Positions 59,351 through 64,000 of a stretch of 64,000 nucleotides of DNA are shown here, piece after piece. Position 1 is the first letter of the stretch, and each line of letters starts with the position of its first letter. The DNA is taken from contig NC_043006.1 of the NCBI RefSeq assembly GCF_006345805.1, positions 2,046,001-2,110,000 of the forward strand, in the 5' to 3' direction. This DNA comes from Octopus sinensis (Eukaryota). Made by a program: the position numbers and the translations under genes. Below the pieces are notes generated by a model. It made no database searches. It saw only the letters and a program-made list of their open reading frames with translations, and was not told the origin of the DNA.

Positions 59351-60236
59351 TATATATATGTTTATATATATATATATATATATGGAAAGAGAGAAGATTG
59401 AGATGTGAGAGAGGCAGCTAAAGTATGAATGAAAGAGAGATAACTACTCTAGTATAGACATAAAGTATGAACAGTGACTAGGTTTTTGTGCGTGTGTGTG
59501 TGTGTGCTGAACAAAGAGGAGTTGGTGTTTTAAACAGAGGTAGATTGTAGAAAATGTTGGAATGCAGACTTCACAGATGAGATCATATGATATAATGAAA
59601 CATGCCTGATTGGATGCTGTGGGGGTGGGGTGGGGGGAGAAGGTAAGCTGTAAAATAATGATGATGATGATTATGATGATAATGGTTGAGGGGTTGGAAA
59701 AAATTAAATTGAATGTTTCTCTAGAAAGTTAGAAAGTGATAAATTTTTTTAGATTTAATTAACTCTGTGTGTGTGTGTGTGTGTGTGCATGCATGCAAAT
59801 ATACATGCACACACATATGTATACATACGTATATATATGTAGCATGGAATATGGAATTAAACGAAGTGTTTATATATATGTATGTATGTATATACATATA
59901 TGTACACATATACATACACAAACACATTTTAATTGGCAGAAAGTTGCCGATGCAAACAGCAAATAATAAATTTGCTGGTGTCTGCAAAGCTTTGCCAAGC
60001 TAGAATTAATTAGTTATAGATATAGCATGTGTACACTTATATTCATGCCAGCTACAGGCGTTGTATAACAGATATGATGTCTGCAGCTTCTAAAGCATAA
60101 CAAGACAAAAACATGTGTTCTACTGACTTGTGATGACATTCATTGATATGTTTTCACTTACATTGTCCAAAAGGAGAATCTTACATCTGAGACAGTTACT
60201 GCAGTGAAGGTATTTCTAGGTTTAAGTGTACATGAT

Positions 60237-60755
60237 CCTCATCATCATCATCATCGTTTAACGTCCTTTTTCCGTGCTAGCATGGGTTTGACGGTTTGAC
60301 CGGGGTCTGGGAAGCCAGGAGGCTGCACCAGGCTCCAGTCTGATCTGGCAGTGTTTCTACGGCTGGATGCCCTTCCTAATGCCAACCACTCCATGAATGT
60401 AGTAGGTATTTTTTGCGTGCCACCGGCACAGGCCAGAGGAGGGAGGCAAACGGCCATGATCGGTTGGTGCTTTTACGTGTCACCAACACGGACGCCAGTC
60501 AGGCGGCACTGGCATCTGCCACGTTTGGACGGTGCTTTTTACGTGTCACCGGCATGGGTATCTTAACTTCAATTTCCATTTGATTTTTATCATCATCATC
60601 GTCGTCGTCGTTTAACGTCTGCTTTCCATGCTAGCATGGGTTGGACGGTTTGACTGAGGACTGGTGAACCAGATGGCTGCACCAGGCTCCAGTCTTGAGC
60701 TGGCAGAGTTTCTACAGTTGGATGCCCTTCCTAATGCCAACCACTCTGAGAGTGG
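60237..60755 (-). mobile_element. two adjacent RTE 3'UTR copies
   Basis: catcatcgtttaacgtc at about 60250 and gtcgtcgtttaacgtc at about 60605. Confidence 0.85.
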
Positions 60756-60784
60756 TTATATGTGTGTTTATTTATATATATATA

Positions 60785-61995
60785 CAGGGGCTGCACAAAA
60801 TAATGGAAACACCTTAAAATTTCAAACAAATTAATTTTAATAAGGGGTATGACTGCTTTTGGCAGTTGTTACTACTTGAAATCTATGAGGTATGGACTTG
60901 TACAAAGTTTGAATTGTTTCCAAAGGAATTTTTGTCCATTCTTCAGCTAAAACAGTCTCCAGTTCTTGTAGTGAGGATGGTGGAGGATATTGACTCCTTA
61001 CTTGTTTTTCTAAAATGCACCATAAATGTTCAATAATATGGAGATCTGGGGACTGTGGTGGCCAGATAAAATGTTTAACTTCTCTAGAATGTATCTTGTG
61101 CCATTCAGTAACAACTTTGGTGCATTATCATCCTGAAAGATTGTGTTTCCCTCTGGAAACAGTTCCGCAGCCATATGATGAATTTGATCAGATAAAATGC
61201 TTAAATAGTCTTGACTATTAATTCTGCCATGAAGGGAAACCATTGGACTGGTGGATTTCCAAGATATAGCCCCTCAGATCATTACAGATCCTCCTCCATG
61301 TTTAACAGCTGGAAGAAGGCAGTCTGGGTGAAATGCTTCTTTCAGCTGTCTCCACAGGTATACTCAGCCAGTGGCTGGAAATAAGGTAAACGATGACTCA
61401 TCCTAGAAAATAACATTCTTCCACTGCTCTAGGAACCAATTCTGTAGGTTTTTACTCCACTCTAAACGCTTTGCAATGTTTGTTTTTGAAAGTAGTGGTT
61501 TTCTGGTTGCAGCCCTCCTGTGAAATCCGGCTTTATGCAGTTCCCAGCGAACAGTTTTTGTGGAAACTGGGGTCTCGAGATGGTCATTAATCACTGCAGT
61601 AATTTTAGAAGCTGTACTTTTGTGATCCTTTCTAAGAATTCTCGTAAGAGTCCGACGGTCCCTATCTGAAAGTTTTGAAAGGCTGTCATTACTTCATTAC
61701 TTTCGAAACAGTACGTCTTGATACACCCAACATTTTGGCTGTTTTCGTTATGCTAACGCCTGCCTTGTGAGCACCAACAATTTGACCTCTTTGAAAGTCC
61801 AATAGATCTATCATCTTAATGGATTTTAATTACCTTTTTCTGATGATATCTGAAAAGAAAAAGCAATTTTAGCAAAACCTATTTAGCAACACTAATAATA
61901 AATCAAAAAGCATAAAAATAAACAAGCTTTTGATGGTTTTATAGATATTTCAAAATTATGATGCTAGGTGTTTCCAGTATTTTGTCCAACCCCTG
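60785..61995 (-). mobile_element. full-length but decayed Tc1 (DD34E) DNA transposon, 1211 bp
   Basis: TA|CAGGGGCTGCACAAAATAATGGAAACACCT and its reverse complement before TA at 61996 (3 mismatches); minus-strand KPLLSK..KRLEWS..W..VIF, FQDDNAP, WPPQSPDLHIIEHLW, disrupted by frameshifts. Confidence 0.92.
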
Positions 61996-62579
61996 TATGT
62001 GTGTGTGTGAATATTTTTTCTTTTATTCTTTTACTTGTTTCAGTCATTTGACTGCAACCATGCTGGAACACCCCTTTGTATAGTTTTAGTTGAAGAAATT
62101 GACCCCAGGACTTATTCTTTGTAAGCCTAGTACTTATTCTATCAATATCTTTTACATAAACACACCAACATCGGTTGTCAAATGATGGTGGGGAACAAAT
62201 AAAAACACTCACACACACATATATATATATTATACAACAGGCTTCTTTCAGTTTCTGTCTCCCGAATCTACTGACAAGGCTTTGGACATTGTAGGAGACA
62301 TTTGCCCAGGGTGTCAGGCAGTGGGACTGAACCTGGAACTATGTGGTTGGGAAGCAAGCTTCTTACCACACAGCCACACTGGCAATGACTATGCTTGAAT
62401 GGTGCTTTTTATGTGCCACTGGTATGGGGCCAGTCAGCCAGCACTGGCATTGACCACGCTCCATTGGTGCTTTTTACGTGCCACCAGCACAGGAGCCAAT
62501 CAAGCGGCACGGGCATTGATCATGCTCTAATGGTGCTTTTTACGTGCCACCGGCATGGCTGCCAATCAGGCAGTACTGT

Positions 62580-62657
62580 CATATATATGTATGTATATAT
62601 ATATATATGTGTGTGTGTATATATATATATGTGTGTGTGTGTATATATATATATATA

Positions 62658-62688
<31 letters not shown>

Positions 62689-62697
62689 GTGTGTGTG

Positions 62698-62760
<63 letters not shown>

Positions 62761-62799
62761 ATATATATGTGTGTGTGTATATATATGTATATGTGTGTG

Positions 62800-62891
<92 letters not shown>

Positions 62892-62961
62892 GTATATATA
62901 TATATGTATATATATGTATATATAATATATATATGTATATATATGTATATGTATATATATG

Positions 62962-62992
<31 letters not shown>

Positions 62993-63324
62993 GTATATGT
63001 ATATATATTGTATATATATGTATATGTATATATATGTATATGTATATATATGTATATGTATATATGTCTGTATGTATATATATATATATGTCTGTATGTA
63101 TATATATATATGTCTGTATGTATATATATATATGTCTGTATGTATATATATATATGTATGTATGTATATATATATGTATGTATGTATATATATATGTATG
63201 TATATATGTATGTATGTATATATGTATGTATGTATATATATATGTATGTATATATATATGTATGTATATATATATGTATGTATATATATATATGTATGTA
63301 TATTATATATATATGTATGTATAT

Positions 63325-63365
<41 letters not shown>

Positions 63366-63441
63366 TATATATGTATGTATATATATATGTATGTATATAT
63401 ATATGTATGTATATATATATGTATGTATATATATATGTATG

Positions 63442-63511
<70 letters not shown>

Positions 63512-63641
63512 TGTATATATGTATATATATATATGTATATATATATATGTATGTATATATGTATGTATGTATATATGTATGTATGTATATATGTATGTAT
63601 GTATATATGTATGTATGTATATATGTATGTATGTATATATG

Positions 63642-63673
<32 letters not shown>

Positions 63674-63953
63674 TGTATGTATATATATATGTATGTATAT
63701 ATATATGTATGTATGTATATATATGTATGTATGTGTATATATATGTATGTATGTATATATATATGTATGTATGTATATATATATGTATATATATATGTAT
63801 GTATGTATATATATATGTATATATATATGTATATATATATGTATATATATATATATGTATGATATATGTATATATATATATGTATGTATATATGTATATA
63901 TATATAATGTATGTATATATATATGTATGTATATATGTATGTATGTATATATG

Positions 63954-64000
<47 letters not shown>
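62580..64000. repeat. compound (TA)n/(TG)n/(TATG)n microsatellite, more than 1.4 kb, running off the window
   Basis: Direct inspection. Confidence 0.97.

Noticed and set aside
62555-63862. 435-aa ORF and the many other Y/I/M/C/V- or H/T-rich ORFs in the track
   Set aside because: Translations of (TA)n, (TG)n and (TATG)n microsatellites, which lack stop codons by composition
56144-64000. Terminal exon of the ATPase
   Set aside because: No acceptor followed by a plausible phase-0 C-terminal tail was found; it probably lies beyond the window

Overview
AT-rich, microsatellite- and transposon-dense animal genomic DNA. The repeat families suggest an octopus or related coleoid cephalopod; this is inference from recognition, not a database search. 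The only host gene I can support is a + strand P5B-type ATPase (ATP13A3-like, the polyamine-transporting ATP13A2-5 family). I assembled 20 GT-AG exons by hand from 16179 to 56143. They total 2522 nt (about 840 codons), have compatible phases and contain no stop codons. Motifs present: TGES, PPALP, DK|TGT (split by an intron), KGSPE, TGDN, GDGAND and the M5-M10 helices. The N-terminal exons and the last exon are not visible in the window. The rest is intronic or intergenic relic sequence: a decayed Gypsy pol, CR1/L2, RTE, R4/Dong and Penelope fragments, a full-length Tc1, piggyBac and hAT MITEs, three tRNA-headed SINE families, two near-perfect tandem duplications and a 1.4-kb terminal microsatellite. 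I cannot establish a new biological system. The best leads are: (i) genomic A residues at normally G-encoded conserved codons, next to intronic fold-back dsRNA, as candidates for A-to-I recoding; (ii) an RTE 3'UTR motif that seeds minisatellites of different periods; (iii) an inverted Penelope unit with hammerhead-like motifs; (iv) a retroposon remnant sitting at a branch-point position.
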